From assembly GCA_964609755.1 (NCBI GenBank), contig CAZSSZ010000001.1:1-43474 (forward strand): a stretch of 43,474 bases of DNA, written 5' to 3'. The notes beneath the pieces were generated by a model. That model was given only the letters and a program-made list of their open reading frames with translations, had not been told where the DNA came from and did not search any database. Shown here one piece after another: positions 8,939 through 18,716 of this stretch; positions within the stretch are counted from its first letter, which is position 1; each line of letters opens with the position of its first letter. The stretch is from an uncultured Flavobacteriaceae bacterium. Its GTDB lineage: Bacteria; Bacteroidota; Bacteroidia; Flavobacteriales; Flavobacteriaceae. Position numbers and translations under genes: made by a program.

Positions 8939-10354
8939 ATGAAAAAATTTAAGTTTACATCAACGTTCACTCTAGCCGTTTTGGGCTTGGCTGCCGCAGT
9001 TGCGGTTAGCTGTGAACGCGGGTTTTCGGATGAAATTGCCTTGGCAACCTATCCTACAACCCCTGAAGTTTTTACAGATATTCCGGTAGGTCTTACAGAC
9101 GAATTTTTTGTGTCGTTTGACCCTGCCGATGGTGCCAATGTATATGGCTTTGGTACTGACGATAACGAAGCATACAAAGGAACTTCATCTATTCGCATTG
9201 AAGTCCCCGCACCCAACGACCCCAATGGGGGCTTTATTGGGGGGATTTTTCTCGATCGTGGAAATGGTAGAAATCTAACCGAATATGATGCTTTGACCTT
9301 TTGGGCAAAAGCCTCTAAGACAGGTACTGCTGGCTTGTTTGGTTTTGGCACCGATTTCCAAGGAGACAAATACGCTGCGGGAATTAGCGACATTACCCTT
9401 TCTACTGATTGGAAACAATATGTTATTCCCATTCCTGACCCTTCAAAACTGACCCAAGTAAAGGGAATGTTTGCCTTTTCGGCAGGAACGCAAGGAACAA
9501 ACGGTTTAGGCTTTACCATTTGGTTGGATGAAATTAAGTTTGAAAAATTGGGCACCATTGCGCAAGGAAGACCCGCCATTTTTGGTGGAGAGGACCTTAC
9601 GAAAACTGGTTTTATTGACGGTACTTTTGACGTAACAGGCACCCAAACACTAAACCATGCCGGCACGGATATCACTGTGAATGCTGCTTCGGGCTATTTT
9701 GATTTTGCATCATCAGAACTTACGGTAGCCCAAGTCAACGATCAGGGTAAAGTTACTGTTGTCAATAAAGGTGATGCCAAAATCACGGCTTCAATAGCTG
9801 GCGTTACCGCAAAAGGCTCATTGACGATTAATTCTTTGGGGAGGTTTAGTTTGCCCCCTGCTCCAACACATGAGGCAGCAAATGTAAAGTCGATTTTTAG
9901 TGATGCATATGAAAACGTTCCGATTGAATTCTATAACGGCTATTGGCAACCGTATCAAACTACTACTTCTGCGGATTTTGATGTCAATGGGGATAATATT
10001 CTCTCCTATGAAAACTTCAATTTTGTAGGGCATCAGTTTGGACAGCCAACAGTCGACGCCAGTGCCATGACGCACTTGCACCTTGATGTGTATGTACCAG
10101 GCACCTTAGATCCTGGAGCACAACTTAAAGTTACTATCAAAGACTTTGGCGCAGATGGTGTAGACAGTGCAGCAGATGACACTACGCAATCCTATACCAT
10201 TAATGCTTCGGATTTGGCAGCTGATGCTTGGAGCAGTATTGATATTCCATTGTCTTTATCTCCGCGTTCTAAGGTTGGACAACTTATCTATGAAAACAAT
10301 CAGACCAATCTGAAAAGTTTGCACATGGATAATGTCTTTTTCTACAAACAATAA
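8939..10354 (+). CDS. Multi-module surface glycan-binding lipoprotein (CBM-like, Big_2-like Ig domain, CBM-like)
   Basis: It has a lipoprotein signal (..AAAVAVSC-E). The N-terminal module is beta-sandwich-like (YDALTFWAKAS..WKQYVIPIP..IWLDEIKFEK). The central segment looks like bacterial Ig group 2 (VAQVNDQGKVTVVNKGDAKITASIAGVTAKGSLTI). The C-terminal module is also CBM-like (THLHLDVYVPG..VTIKDFG..WSSIDIPLS..MDNVFFYK). Confidence 0.65.
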   Translation: MKKFKFTSTFTLAVLGLAAAVAVSCERGFSDEIALATYPTTPEVFTDIPVGLTDEFFVSFDPADGANVYGFGTDDNEAYKGTSSIRIEVPAPNDPNGGFIGGIFLDRGNGRNLTEYDALTFWAKASKTGTAGLFGFGTDFQGDKYAAGISDITLSTDWKQYVIPIPDPSKLTQVKGMFAFSAGTQGTNGLGFTIWLDEIKFEKLGTIAQGRPAIFGGEDLTKTGFIDGTFDVTGTQTLNHAGTDITVNAASGYFDFASSELTVAQVNDQGKVTVVNKGDAKITASIAGVTAKGSLTINSLGRFSLPPAPTHEAANVKSIFSDAYENVPIEFYNGYWQPYQTTTSADFDVNGDNILSYENFNFVGHQFGQPTVDASAMTHLHLDVYVPGTLDPGAQLKVTIKDFGADGVDSAADDTTQSYTINASDLAADAWSSIDIPLSLSPRSKVGQLIYENNQTNLKSLHMDNVFFYKQ

Positions 10355-10369
10355 GCTAAAACCAACAAA

Positions 10370-11209
10370 ATGAATTTTAGAAAACATACATCTAAAGCCT
10401 TGCAAATGCTATCCCTTTTAGGGGTGGCTTTTGCTGTGGGTACATTTACAATAAGCTGCAACCCCGACGACACCCAAGTGGTGGCAAAATTCGACATCAT
10501 TACGATGCAAGACGAATTTGATATCGAAGGAGCACCCAACGATAAAATTTGGGGCTACGACATTGGTACGGGTACCAACGGTTGGGGTAACAACGAGCTG
10601 CAACATTACACGGACCGCTCCTCTAACGTTGAGGTAAAAGACGGGATGTTAAAAATCACTGCAGTTAAGGAAGCCTATGAAGGTGCTGCCTACACTTCAG
10701 CACGATTGCTGACCAAAGGAAAATTTGACCAAAAATACGGGCGTTTTGAGGCGCGTATCAAATTGCCTTGGGGACAAGGCATGTGGCCCGCATTTTGGCT
10801 TCTTGGCGCTGATTTTGACACGGCAGGCTGGCCCCATTGTGGCGAAATTGATATCATGGAAAACCGTGGGGCAGAACCTACTACAGTTAGCGGTACGGTG
10901 CATGGTCCTGGGTATTCAGCAGGAAATTCAGTTGGTAAGGAATTTTCACTTACCAGCGATCGTTTTGACACTGGGTTTCACATTTTTGGTATTGAGTGGG
11001 GCGAAGATTATATCAACTACTACGTAGATGATGTGTTGTACAATCAAATTACCCCTGCGGATGTTAATGGCGAATGGGTTTTTGACCAACCGTTTTTTAT
11101 TATCATCAACTTAGCTGTTGGAGGTAACTTTGGTGGTCCTCCAAACGACGCTACGGTTTTCCCTCAAGAAATGCTTGTTGATTACGTAAGAGTTTACGCT
11201 GCTGAATAA
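10370..11209 (+). CDS. GH16 endo-beta-1,3-glucanase (laminarinase) lipoprotein
   Basis: It has a lipoprotein signal (..GTFTISC-N). The GH16 catalytic motif is present (GEIDIME, ExDxxE type), together with NNELQHYT, WPAFWLLG and the LVDYVRVY tail. Confidence 0.9.
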   Translation: MNFRKHTSKALQMLSLLGVAFAVGTFTISCNPDDTQVVAKFDIITMQDEFDIEGAPNDKIWGYDIGTGTNGWGNNELQHYTDRSSNVEVKDGMLKITAVKEAYEGAAYTSARLLTKGKFDQKYGRFEARIKLPWGQGMWPAFWLLGADFDTAGWPHCGEIDIMENRGAEPTTVSGTVHGPGYSAGNSVGKEFSLTSDRFDTGFHIFGIEWGEDYINYYVDDVLYNQITPADVNGEWVFDQPFFIIINLAVGGNFGGPPNDATVFPQEMLVDYVRVYAAE

Positions 11210-11211
11210 CA

Positions 11212-12339
11212 ATGAAAATCACGTTTACACCTTTATTGTTTATTCTTTTGCTCATCGGTTGTGAGAAAGAAACCGTTTCCACAACCGATGACAAAAAACC
11301 TAGTGCACCTACCGAACTTTCGCTTGATATTACGCTTCAAGGTCAAGCAGCTAACCCTCATGGGGATGGCTCTGGCGTAGCCAATTTTAAAGCAACGGCT
11401 ACTGGCGCTTCTAGGTTTGATTTTAGAATTGATGAAGGCGTAGCCATGGAAAGTGGCAACGGCGAACTCGTACACGAATTTACCAAAGAAGGCACGCATA
11501 CCTATACCGTTACGGCTATTGCGTACTCAGACGAGAATCTTGCAGATTCTATTGCTAAAAACGTTCGTGTTCGTGTGGCACCACCTTCCAAATATGGGAT
11601 GACCCTTGTGTGGGCAGATGAGTTTGATTATGAAGGGGCTGTTGACGTTAACAAATGGCACCATCAAGTGATACCAATTGCAGGTAACAATTGGGCAAAT
11701 AATGAAGAGCAGCATTATACCGACAGAACTGATAATTCGTATGTGAGCGATGGCACTTTGAAAATTGTTGCCAAAAAAGAAAACTATCAGTTTAGAGGTA
11801 TTACCAAAAATTACACCTCGGCACGACTGAATTCCAAATACATATTCAAATATGGTCGTGTAGATATCAGTGCAAAACTTCCCGCTGCGGGAGGCACTTG
11901 GCCTGCTTTATGGACCTTGGGTGCGAACATAGATGAAATAGGAAACTATCATGGCAATACCTACGGAAGCGTTGGTTGGCCTAGCTGTGGTGAGATCGAT
12001 ATCATGGAACAGAACGGCTGGGACAAAAACCATCTGATTGGGCATTTGCATTGGGGCGACACCCAAACAGGAGCCTATGAAAACAAAGGTGGAACAAAGG
12101 TTGTGTCGAACACCACAACGACTTTTAACCTGTATTCGCTGATATGGAACGAAAACGAAATCAAAATTTTGTTTAACGACGAAGTGGTGTATGAAACCGA
12201 AAACACGAGTGCAATGCCCTATGATAATCCACATTATTTGTTGTTTAATATCGCTATGGGCGGTACCCTTGGCGGGGCTATCCCTAACGATTTTACGCAA
12301 GCCGTAATGGAGGTGGATTATATCCAAATTTATCAATAA
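11212..12339 (+). CDS. PKD-like domain plus GH16 endo-beta-1,3-glucanase lipoprotein
   Basis: It has a lipoprotein signal (..LLLIGC-E) and an N-terminal PKD-like segment (..EGTHTYTVTAIAY). The GH16 domain shows NNEEQHYT, WPALWTLG, GEIDIMEQ and MEVDYIQIY. It starts 2 nt after the previous GH16 gene. Confidence 0.88.
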   Translation: MKITFTPLLFILLLIGCEKETVSTTDDKKPSAPTELSLDITLQGQAANPHGDGSGVANFKATATGASRFDFRIDEGVAMESGNGELVHEFTKEGTHTYTVTAIAYSDENLADSIAKNVRVRVAPPSKYGMTLVWADEFDYEGAVDVNKWHHQVIPIAGNNWANNEEQHYTDRTDNSYVSDGTLKIVAKKENYQFRGITKNYTSARLNSKYIFKYGRVDISAKLPAAGGTWPALWTLGANIDEIGNYHGNTYGSVGWPSCGEIDIMEQNGWDKNHLIGHLHWGDTQTGAYENKGGTKVVSNTTTTFNLYSLIWNENEIKILFNDEVVYETENTSAMPYDNPHYLLFNIAMGGTLGGAIPNDFTQAVMEVDYIQIYQ

Positions 12340-12367
12340 CCAAATCGTAAAATGTGTATCTCCTCTT

Positions 12368-15300
12368 ATGTTATTAGATGAAAAAAATATCAGCTGCCTA
12401 AGGCAGGAAAAAGAAATACTAAACGAAACAATTGAAATGACACAAGACGACGCGATTTATATTGGCGCGAATCCCACGCAATTTTCAACTAAAGAAGTAA
12501 AAGGCGAGGAAATAACCCGAAACGGACAAACCTTTTACAAAATTTCAAATGCAGACTGCATGCGTCCGTTTTTTATGAGTATTGTTAGCAATTCCGACCA
12601 TTGGATGTTTATATCAAGTAATGGAAGTTTGTCTGCGGGAAGAAAAAATAGCGACTACGCTCTTTTCCCATACTACACGGATGATAAAATCACGGAGGCT
12701 GCCGAAACTACAGGAAGTAAAAGTATTTTTATTGTAACCAAATCGGGTAAAAAGCACTTGTGGGAGCCCTTTTCCGTAAGGCAAAATGGCATGTACCATA
12801 CCACCCGAAATTTGTACAAAAATACCTACGGAAACAAAATTGTTTTTGAAGAAATCAACCACGACTTAGCCCTTACGTTTACCTACGAATGGAACTCTAG
12901 CGAAAAATTTGGGTTTGTTCGCAAGGCGTGTATTTCCAACAACGGAGCCGAGCGCATTTCAGTTAATGTCTTGGATGGCATCCAAAATATCTTGCCCTAC
13001 GGCGTTGAGCCGGCATTGCAAAGTGCAAGCAGTAACCTTGTAGACGCCTATAAAAAGTGCGAATTGGAAGAAGATTCAGGCGTTGGAATTTATTCGTTGA
13101 GTGCCATTATTGTAGACAAAGCCGAGCCGAGCGAGGCACTTAAAGCCAATGTGGTGTGGTCCCTCGGGCTTGACAATGCTAAAAAACTTATTTCTTCTTT
13201 GCAATTGGATGATTTCCGCAGGGGTCATGGCGTAATGCAAGAGGTAGACATCCGTGCGGAAAAAGGCGCATACTTTTTAAACGATGAAATTACCTTACAG
13301 CCAGATGCTTCAGAAAGTTGGATGTTGGTTGCGAATGTAAATCAAACCATGTCGGACATTGTTCAAATCAAGGAAAAATTGCAAAACCATACGGCTTTGC
13401 AAGAGACTATTTTAGCAGATATTGAAGCAGGGTCTGATCATTTGGTGGCGTTGGTTGCCGCCGCCGACGGACTGCAAATGACCAACGACCGTCTTCGCAA
13501 CATTCGTCACTTTGCCAACACCATGTTCAACATTATGCGAGGTGGTATTTTTGATGACAACTACCACATTGAAAAAGCAGATTTTACGACTTATATCGCC
13601 AATGCAAATCGAAAAGTATATCGCTTAAAAGAAGCTATTTTAGCAGCACTTCCTGAGGTTTTTGACGTTAAACATCTTAAAGAAATTGCCGCAAAGGATG
13701 ACAACCCAAACTTTAAACGCTTGTGTTTTGAGTACTTGCCATTAAAGTTTAGCCGACGTCACGGTGACCCAAGCCGTCCGTGGAACAAATTCTCCATCAA
13801 CACCCGAAATGAAGAGGGGGGAAAAATCTTAGACTACGAGGGAAACTGGCGTGATATTTTCCAAAACTGGGAAGCCTTGGCACACTCCTATCCAGAGTTT
13901 ATTGAGGGGATGATTCACAAGTTTTTAAACGCTACTACTTTCGATGGCTACAACCCGTATCGGGTAACCAAAGGTGGTTTTGATTGGGAAACCATAGAGC
14001 CAGACAACCCGTGGTCGTATATTGGCTATTGGGGCGATCATCAAATCATCTACCTACTTAAATTCTTGGAGTTTATTGAGGATCATTATCCCAATACACT
14101 TGCTGATTATTTCAATCAAGATTTGTTTGTGTATGCCAACGTGCCTTACCGCATCAAGAGTTACGAGCAAATTTTAAAAGATCCAAAAAACACCATTGAT
14201 TTTGATTTTGAGCGCGAAGAAAACATTCACTTTAAGCGTGAGGAAATCGGAGTAGACGGAGCCTTGCTTCGCGACAATACTGTATTTATTTACAAGGTAA
14301 ATTTCATAGAGAAAATCTTGGCTACAGTACTGGCAAAAATGTCAAACTTTATCCCCGAGGGCGGTATTTGGATGAACACCCAACGCCCCGAATGGAACGA
14401 TGCCAACAACGCGCTTGTAGGCAACGGTGTTTCTATGGTAACCCTGTATTACTTACGTCGTTTTTTACGTTTCTTCGAAACGGTTGTTGATAAATCCGAT
14501 TGGAATAATATCCATATTTCTAAGGAGCTACGCGCGTTTTTTATGCGTGTTACTACGGCTTTGGAACAACACAAAGAACTTCTTGGATCAAGCATTTCGG
14601 ATGTCGATAAAAAGCGCATTATGGATGCTTTGGGCAAAGCAGGAAGCGATTACCGAAACACAATTTACGACAAGCGTTTTTCGGGTGACAAAGAGGAAAT
14701 TTCGAAAGATGATTTAGTGTCATTTTTGGAGGTGTCACGTGCCTTTTTGGAGCATTCTATTGAGGCAAACAAACGTGAAGATAAGCTGTATCACGCCTAC
14801 AATTTGATGACAATCAATAACGACAATTCTGTTCGCATTTCACATTTACCCGAAATGTTAGAAGGTCAAGTGGCAGTACTTAGTTCCGGCTATTTGTCTG
14901 CCAAAGAAAACCTAGAAGTGCTTGATGGACTAAAAGCAAGCGCACTGTTTAGACCTGACCAATACAGCTATGTATTATATCCGAACAAGGAACTTCCGCG
15001 TTTTGTCAACAAAAACACTATTCCGAAAGAAAAAGTGGAAACATCACCTCTGCTAAAAAAACTCATTGCCGATGGCAATACACAAGTGCTTTCTAAAGAT
15101 GCAAAAGGGGAATACCACTTTAACGGGAACTTCAATAATGTGGACAGCTTGCGCGAAGCCTTGCAAAATCTTCCGGAGCAGTACCGCGCTTTAGCAACAG
15201 ATGAAACCGCTTATTTGGAGCAGGTTTTTGAAGCTATTTTCGACCACAAATCCTTTACGGGTCGCTCGGGTACTTTCTTCGGATATGAAGGATTAGGCTC

Positions 15301-15898
15301 TATTTACTGGCACATGGTGTCTAAGCTGCTTTTGGCGGTTTACGAAATTACACGTGATGCCATTGCTGCAAAGGAAGATCCCGTGCTGATTGGAAACTTA
15401 TTTGACCATTATTTTGAAATTAATGCTGGAATTGGTGCACACAAATCACCTAAACTGTACGGGGCATTCCCAACAGATCCATATTCACATACCCCTGGCG
15501 GAAAAGGCGCACAGCAGCCTGGAATGACTGGACAGGTAAAAGAAGATATCTTAAGCCGATTCGGAGAATTGGGTATTCGCATTTCAAATGGCGTACTTGG
15601 GTTTGACCCTACCATTTTGCGCAGTGAAGAATTTTTGACCGAACCACAAACATTTAATTATGTCAGCGTTACCGGAGAAAAAACTGCTATTGCACTAGAA
15701 AAAGACACCTTGGCATTCACGTATTGTCAGGTGCCTATTATTTACAAAAAATCAAAAACGGAAGGTATTGAGGTCGTGCTTCAATCGGGAGAAGTACAAA
15801 CATTTCCCGAGAACACATTGGATGTATCCCTTAGTACTGCCCTCTTTCAAAGGAGTAACGCCATTTACAAAATCACTGTTTCTGTTTTGAAAGAATAA
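12368..15898 (+). CDS. Signal-less GH94/GH149-like beta-1,3-glucan (laminari-oligosaccharide) phosphorylase
   Basis: The 1176-aa protein has no signal peptide. It carries a GH94-clan-like catalytic-Asp motif, RPEWNDANNAL (Asp678, nt 14399-14401), and phosphate-site-like segments (RRHGDPSRPWNKF; HTPGGKGAQQPGMTGQ). Size and a beta-1,3-glucan PUL context fit the described GH149 family. An alternative start at Met24 (MTQDD..) is possible. Confidence 0.6.
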   Translation: MLLDEKNISCLRQEKEILNETIEMTQDDAIYIGANPTQFSTKEVKGEEITRNGQTFYKISNADCMRPFFMSIVSNSDHWMFISSNGSLSAGRKNSDYALFPYYTDDKITEAAETTGSKSIFIVTKSGKKHLWEPFSVRQNGMYHTTRNLYKNTYGNKIVFEEINHDLALTFTYEWNSSEKFGFVRKACISNNGAERISVNVLDGIQNILPYGVEPALQSASSNLVDAYKKCELEEDSGVGIYSLSAIIVDKAEPSEALKANVVWSLGLDNAKKLISSLQLDDFRRGHGVMQEVDIRAEKGAYFLNDEITLQPDASESWMLVANVNQTMSDIVQIKEKLQNHTALQETILADIEAGSDHLVALVAAADGLQMTNDRLRNIRHFANTMFNIMRGGIFDDNYHIEKADFTTYIANANRKVYRLKEAILAALPEVFDVKHLKEIAAKDDNPNFKRLCFEYLPLKFSRRHGDPSRPWNKFSINTRNEEGGKILDYEGNWRDIFQNWEALAHSYPEFIEGMIHKFLNATTFDGYNPYRVTKGGFDWETIEPDNPWSYIGYWGDHQIIYLLKFLEFIEDHYPNTLADYFNQDLFVYANVPYRIKSYEQILKDPKNTIDFDFEREENIHFKREEIGVDGALLRDNTVFIYKVNFIEKILATVLAKMSNFIPEGGIWMNTQRPEWNDANNALVGNGVSMVTLYYLRRFLRFFETVVDKSDWNNIHISKELRAFFMRVTTALEQHKELLGSSISDVDKKRIMDALGKAGSDYRNTIYDKRFSGDKEEISKDDLVSFLEVSRAFLEHSIEANKREDKLYHAYNLMTINNDNSVRISHLPEMLEGQVAVLSSGYLSAKENLEVLDGLKASALFRPDQYSYVLYPNKELPRFVNKNTIPKEKVETSPLLKKLIADGNTQVLSKDAKGEYHFNGNFNNVDSLREALQNLPEQYRALATDETAYLEQVFEAIFDHKSFTGRSGTFFGYEGLGSIYWHMVSKLLLAVYEITRDAIAAKEDPVLIGNLFDHYFEINAGIGAHKSPKLYGAFPTDPYSHTPGGKGAQQPGMTGQVKEDILSRFGELGIRISNGVLGFDPTILRSEEFLTEPQTFNYVSVTGEKTAIALEKDTLAFTYCQVPIIYKKSKTEGIEVVLQSGEVQTFPENTLDVSLSTALFQRSNAIYKITVSVLKE

Positions 15899-15944
15899 CA
15901 TTTAACTATTAAAATCATCTGCGGATATTGATTTCCCATAAGGT

Positions 15945-17219
15945 ATGAGCACTATGAAAATTTTCGGAAAGTTTGGATTTTTCACAGTAGCGCTTTGGGT
16001 TTTGGTATCCTGTAACACACAGCATTTGAGTATGAAAAGTAAAACAGCAGCAGAAATTCTAGGAAATCCGGACTACACGGCAATTTCCTATGGCGGATAT
16101 CGCACTACATTACGTGAGAATCAACCCACTATTGCGGAATTAAAAGATGACATGAAAATTCTTCACGCTATGGGGATTCGTATTATCAGAACCTATAATG
16201 TGCATCTGCCACAGGCAGAAAACATACTCAAGGCTATTTCGGAACTCAAAAAAGAGGATTCGGATTTTGAGATGTATGTGATGCTGGGCGCGTGGATAGA
16301 TTGTCTTAACGCATGGACTGAAAAAGTGGTAAATCACAACGTGGAAAGCCCTCGTAACGAAGAAGAAATCGCGAAGGCCGTTGCACTTGCCAATCAGTAC
16401 CCTGACATTGTGAAAGTACTTGCGGTGGGTAACGAAGCCATGGTAAAATGGGCGACAAGCTATTATGTGCAGCCTAGTGTTATTTTAAAATGGGTGAATC
16501 ACTTGCAAGACCTTAAAAAGAAGAACAAACTCCCAAAAGACGTGTGGATTACCAGCTCTGATAATTTCGCTTCGTGGGGCGGTGGAGACACCGCTTATCA
16601 CAATACCGATTTGGAGGCCTTAATTGCAGCAGTCGACTACATTTCTGTGCACACTTATCCCTTTCATGATACGCACTACAATCCCGGTTTTTGGGAAATT
16701 ACAGCTGAAAATGCAGTCAACAAAACCCAGCGAGAACTTATCGAGGAAGCCATGTTGCGGGCTCGGGACTATGCGATTTCGCAATTCAATAGCGTTAAAA
16801 AGTACATGCAAGATTTGGGGGTAGACAAACCCATTCACATTGGCGAAACAGGCTGGGCTACGGTTTCAAACGGCTACTACGGAAGAAAAGGATCCCATGC
16901 GGCAGACCAATACAAACAAGCGTTGTATTATAAGCGTATTGGCGAGTGGGCAAAGGAAAATAAGGTTGCCTGTTTTTATTTTGAAGCCTTTGATGAGCCT
17001 TGGAAAGAAGCGCATAACCCCAAAGGTTCTGAAAATCATTTTGGACTTTTCACCGTAGATGGCAAAGCAAAATATGCCCTTTGGGATTTGGTTAATAAGG
17101 GTGTTTTTAAGGGATTAACTCGAAACGGAAAACCCATTGGAAAAACCTTTAAGGGGAATAGCAAAAACCTCTATATCTCTGTGTTGCCCCCAAACATTTT
17201 AGAACCCAACATGAACTGA
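15945..17219 (+). CDS. GH17-like (clan GH-A) beta-1,3-glucanase lipoprotein
   Basis: It has a lipoprotein signal (..WVLVSC-N). TIM-barrel GH17-type motifs are present: IRIIRTYN, LAVGNEAMVKW (acid/base region), IHIGETGWAT (nucleophile region) and FYFEAFDEPWK. Confidence 0.7.
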   Translation: MSTMKIFGKFGFFTVALWVLVSCNTQHLSMKSKTAAEILGNPDYTAISYGGYRTTLRENQPTIAELKDDMKILHAMGIRIIRTYNVHLPQAENILKAISELKKEDSDFEMYVMLGAWIDCLNAWTEKVVNHNVESPRNEEEIAKAVALANQYPDIVKVLAVGNEAMVKWATSYYVQPSVILKWVNHLQDLKKKNKLPKDVWITSSDNFASWGGGDTAYHNTDLEALIAAVDYISVHTYPFHDTHYNPGFWEITAENAVNKTQRELIEEAMLRARDYAISQFNSVKKYMQDLGVDKPIHIGETGWATVSNGYYGRKGSHAADQYKQALYYKRIGEWAKENKVACFYFEAFDEPWKEAHNPKGSENHFGLFTVDGKAKYALWDLVNKGVFKGLTRNGKPIGKTFKGNSKNLYISVLPPNILEPNMN

Positions 17220-17221
17220 CC

Positions 17222-18706
17222 ATGAAAAATGCAGCAATATTAATCGGACTAATTCTTGTAATGATGAGCACTTCTTGTATGCAAAACCCTTTAGAAGTCG
17301 CCGTATATGAAACTTCAGAAAGCGGAAACAAACTTACACTACGCACCGATTTTCAAGCTACAGAAAACACTTCGCTTATCACACTTGACGTCTCAAAAGA
17401 ATATCAGACCATTACGGGGTTTGGAGGTGCTTTTACAGAGTCTTCGGCTTTCCTGCTCAATCAGCTAAGTAAAGAAAACAGAGACCGCATTTTAAAGGCG
17501 TATTTTTCAAAAGAAGGCGCACGCTATTCGCTCACGCGAACCCATATGAACTCGTGTGATTTTTCGCTCAACAACTATTCTTACACGCCTGTTCCTGGAG
17601 ATAAAAATTTAGAGCATTTTTCGATTGAGGAGGACAAAGAAGATTTAATTCCCATGATAAAAGATGCCATGGCAATCTCTGAGGATGGCTTCAAGTTGTT
17701 TGCTTCGCCTTGGACAGCAGCTCCGTGGATGAAAGACAACAACAAATGGGTAGGCGGAAAACTGCTCCCCGAATATTACGATACTTGGGCATTGTTTTTT
17801 TCAAAGTATGTTGATGCCTACAAAGCCGAGGGAATTGACATTTGGGGATTTACCGTAGAAAATGAGCCCCACGGAAACGGTGAAAATTGGGAGAGTATGC
17901 ATTACTCACCCGAAGAAATGACGCATTTTGTTCAGCATTTTCTAGGACCAAAATTGGAAGCTGATGGCAAAGGAGACCTTGTTATTTTGGGCTACGATCA
18001 AAACCGCGAAGGCATTCGCGAGTGGGTAGATGTGATGTATAAAGATGAAGCTTCATCTAAATATTACGACGGTACCGCCGTGCATTGGTATGAAAGTACC
18101 TACGATTATTTTCCCACAGAATTGCAATATGCCCACGAAAAGGCTCCAGATAAATACTTAATTCAAACCGAAGCCTGCGTAGATGCTGAAGTTCCTGTGT
18201 GGCAAGACGATAAATGGTACTGGAAAAAAGAAGCCACGGATTGGGGCTACGATTGGCGCGAGCCAGCAAAGAAGTATTTGCACCCAAAGTATGCGCCTGC
18301 TAATCGCTACGCAAGAGATATTATTGGATGTCTCAACAACTGGGTTGATGGCTGGGTAGACTGGAATATGGTATTAGATACTAAAGGCGGTCCCAATTGG
18401 GCAAACAATTGGTGCATTGCCCCTGTAATTGTTGACCCCGAAAAAGACGAAGTGTATTTCACGCCCTTGTACTACATCATGGCACACTTTAGCAAATTCA
18501 TTCGTCCAGGGGCTGTAATTATTGACGCGCAAAATACAGACGATGACCTTATGGTTGCTGCTGTCAAAAACCCCGATGAGACTATTGCAGTAGTAGTATT
18601 TAACGAAGGAAAAACCATAAAACACTTTGCATTAAACCTTAAAGACACATCGAAAAAAATTACCATTAGCCCACAGGCAATACAAACCATTATGATAAAC
18701 AACTAA
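17222..18706 (+). CDS. GH30 glycosidase lipoprotein (glucosylceramidase-like, probable beta-1,6-glucosidase)
   Basis: It has a lipoprotein signal (..MMSTSC-M). GH30 hallmarks are present: ITGFGGAFTES, SPWTAPPWMK-like (SPWTAAPWMKDN), FTVENEPHG (acid/base) and IQTEACV (nucleophile). It starts 2 nt after the previous gene. Confidence 0.85.
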   Translation: MKNAAILIGLILVMMSTSCMQNPLEVAVYETSESGNKLTLRTDFQATENTSLITLDVSKEYQTITGFGGAFTESSAFLLNQLSKENRDRILKAYFSKEGARYSLTRTHMNSCDFSLNNYSYTPVPGDKNLEHFSIEEDKEDLIPMIKDAMAISEDGFKLFASPWTAAPWMKDNNKWVGGKLLPEYYDTWALFFSKYVDAYKAEGIDIWGFTVENEPHGNGENWESMHYSPEEMTHFVQHFLGPKLEADGKGDLVILGYDQNREGIREWVDVMYKDEASSKYYDGTAVHWYESTYDYFPTELQYAHEKAPDKYLIQTEACVDAEVPVWQDDKWYWKKEATDWGYDWREPAKKYLHPKYAPANRYARDIIGCLNNWVDGWVDWNMVLDTKGGPNWANNWCIAPVIVDPEKDEVYFTPLYYIMAHFSKFIRPGAVIIDAQNTDDDLMVAAVKNPDETIAVVVFNEGKTIKHFALNLKDTSKKITISPQAIQTIMINN

Positions 18707-18716
18707 ATCAATACCC

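Noticed and set aside
9049-9675. 208-aa minus-strand ORF inside the second binding-protein gene
   Set aside because: It lies entirely antisense to a well-supported lipoprotein gene. It has low-complexity Pro/Ser/Val-rich content and no recognisable motifs or promoter context. It is a shadow ORF.
11908-12336. 142-aa minus-strand ORF inside the PKD-GH16 gene
   Set aside because: It is antisense to a gene with clear GH16 catalytic motifs and shows no family features. It is a shadow ORF.
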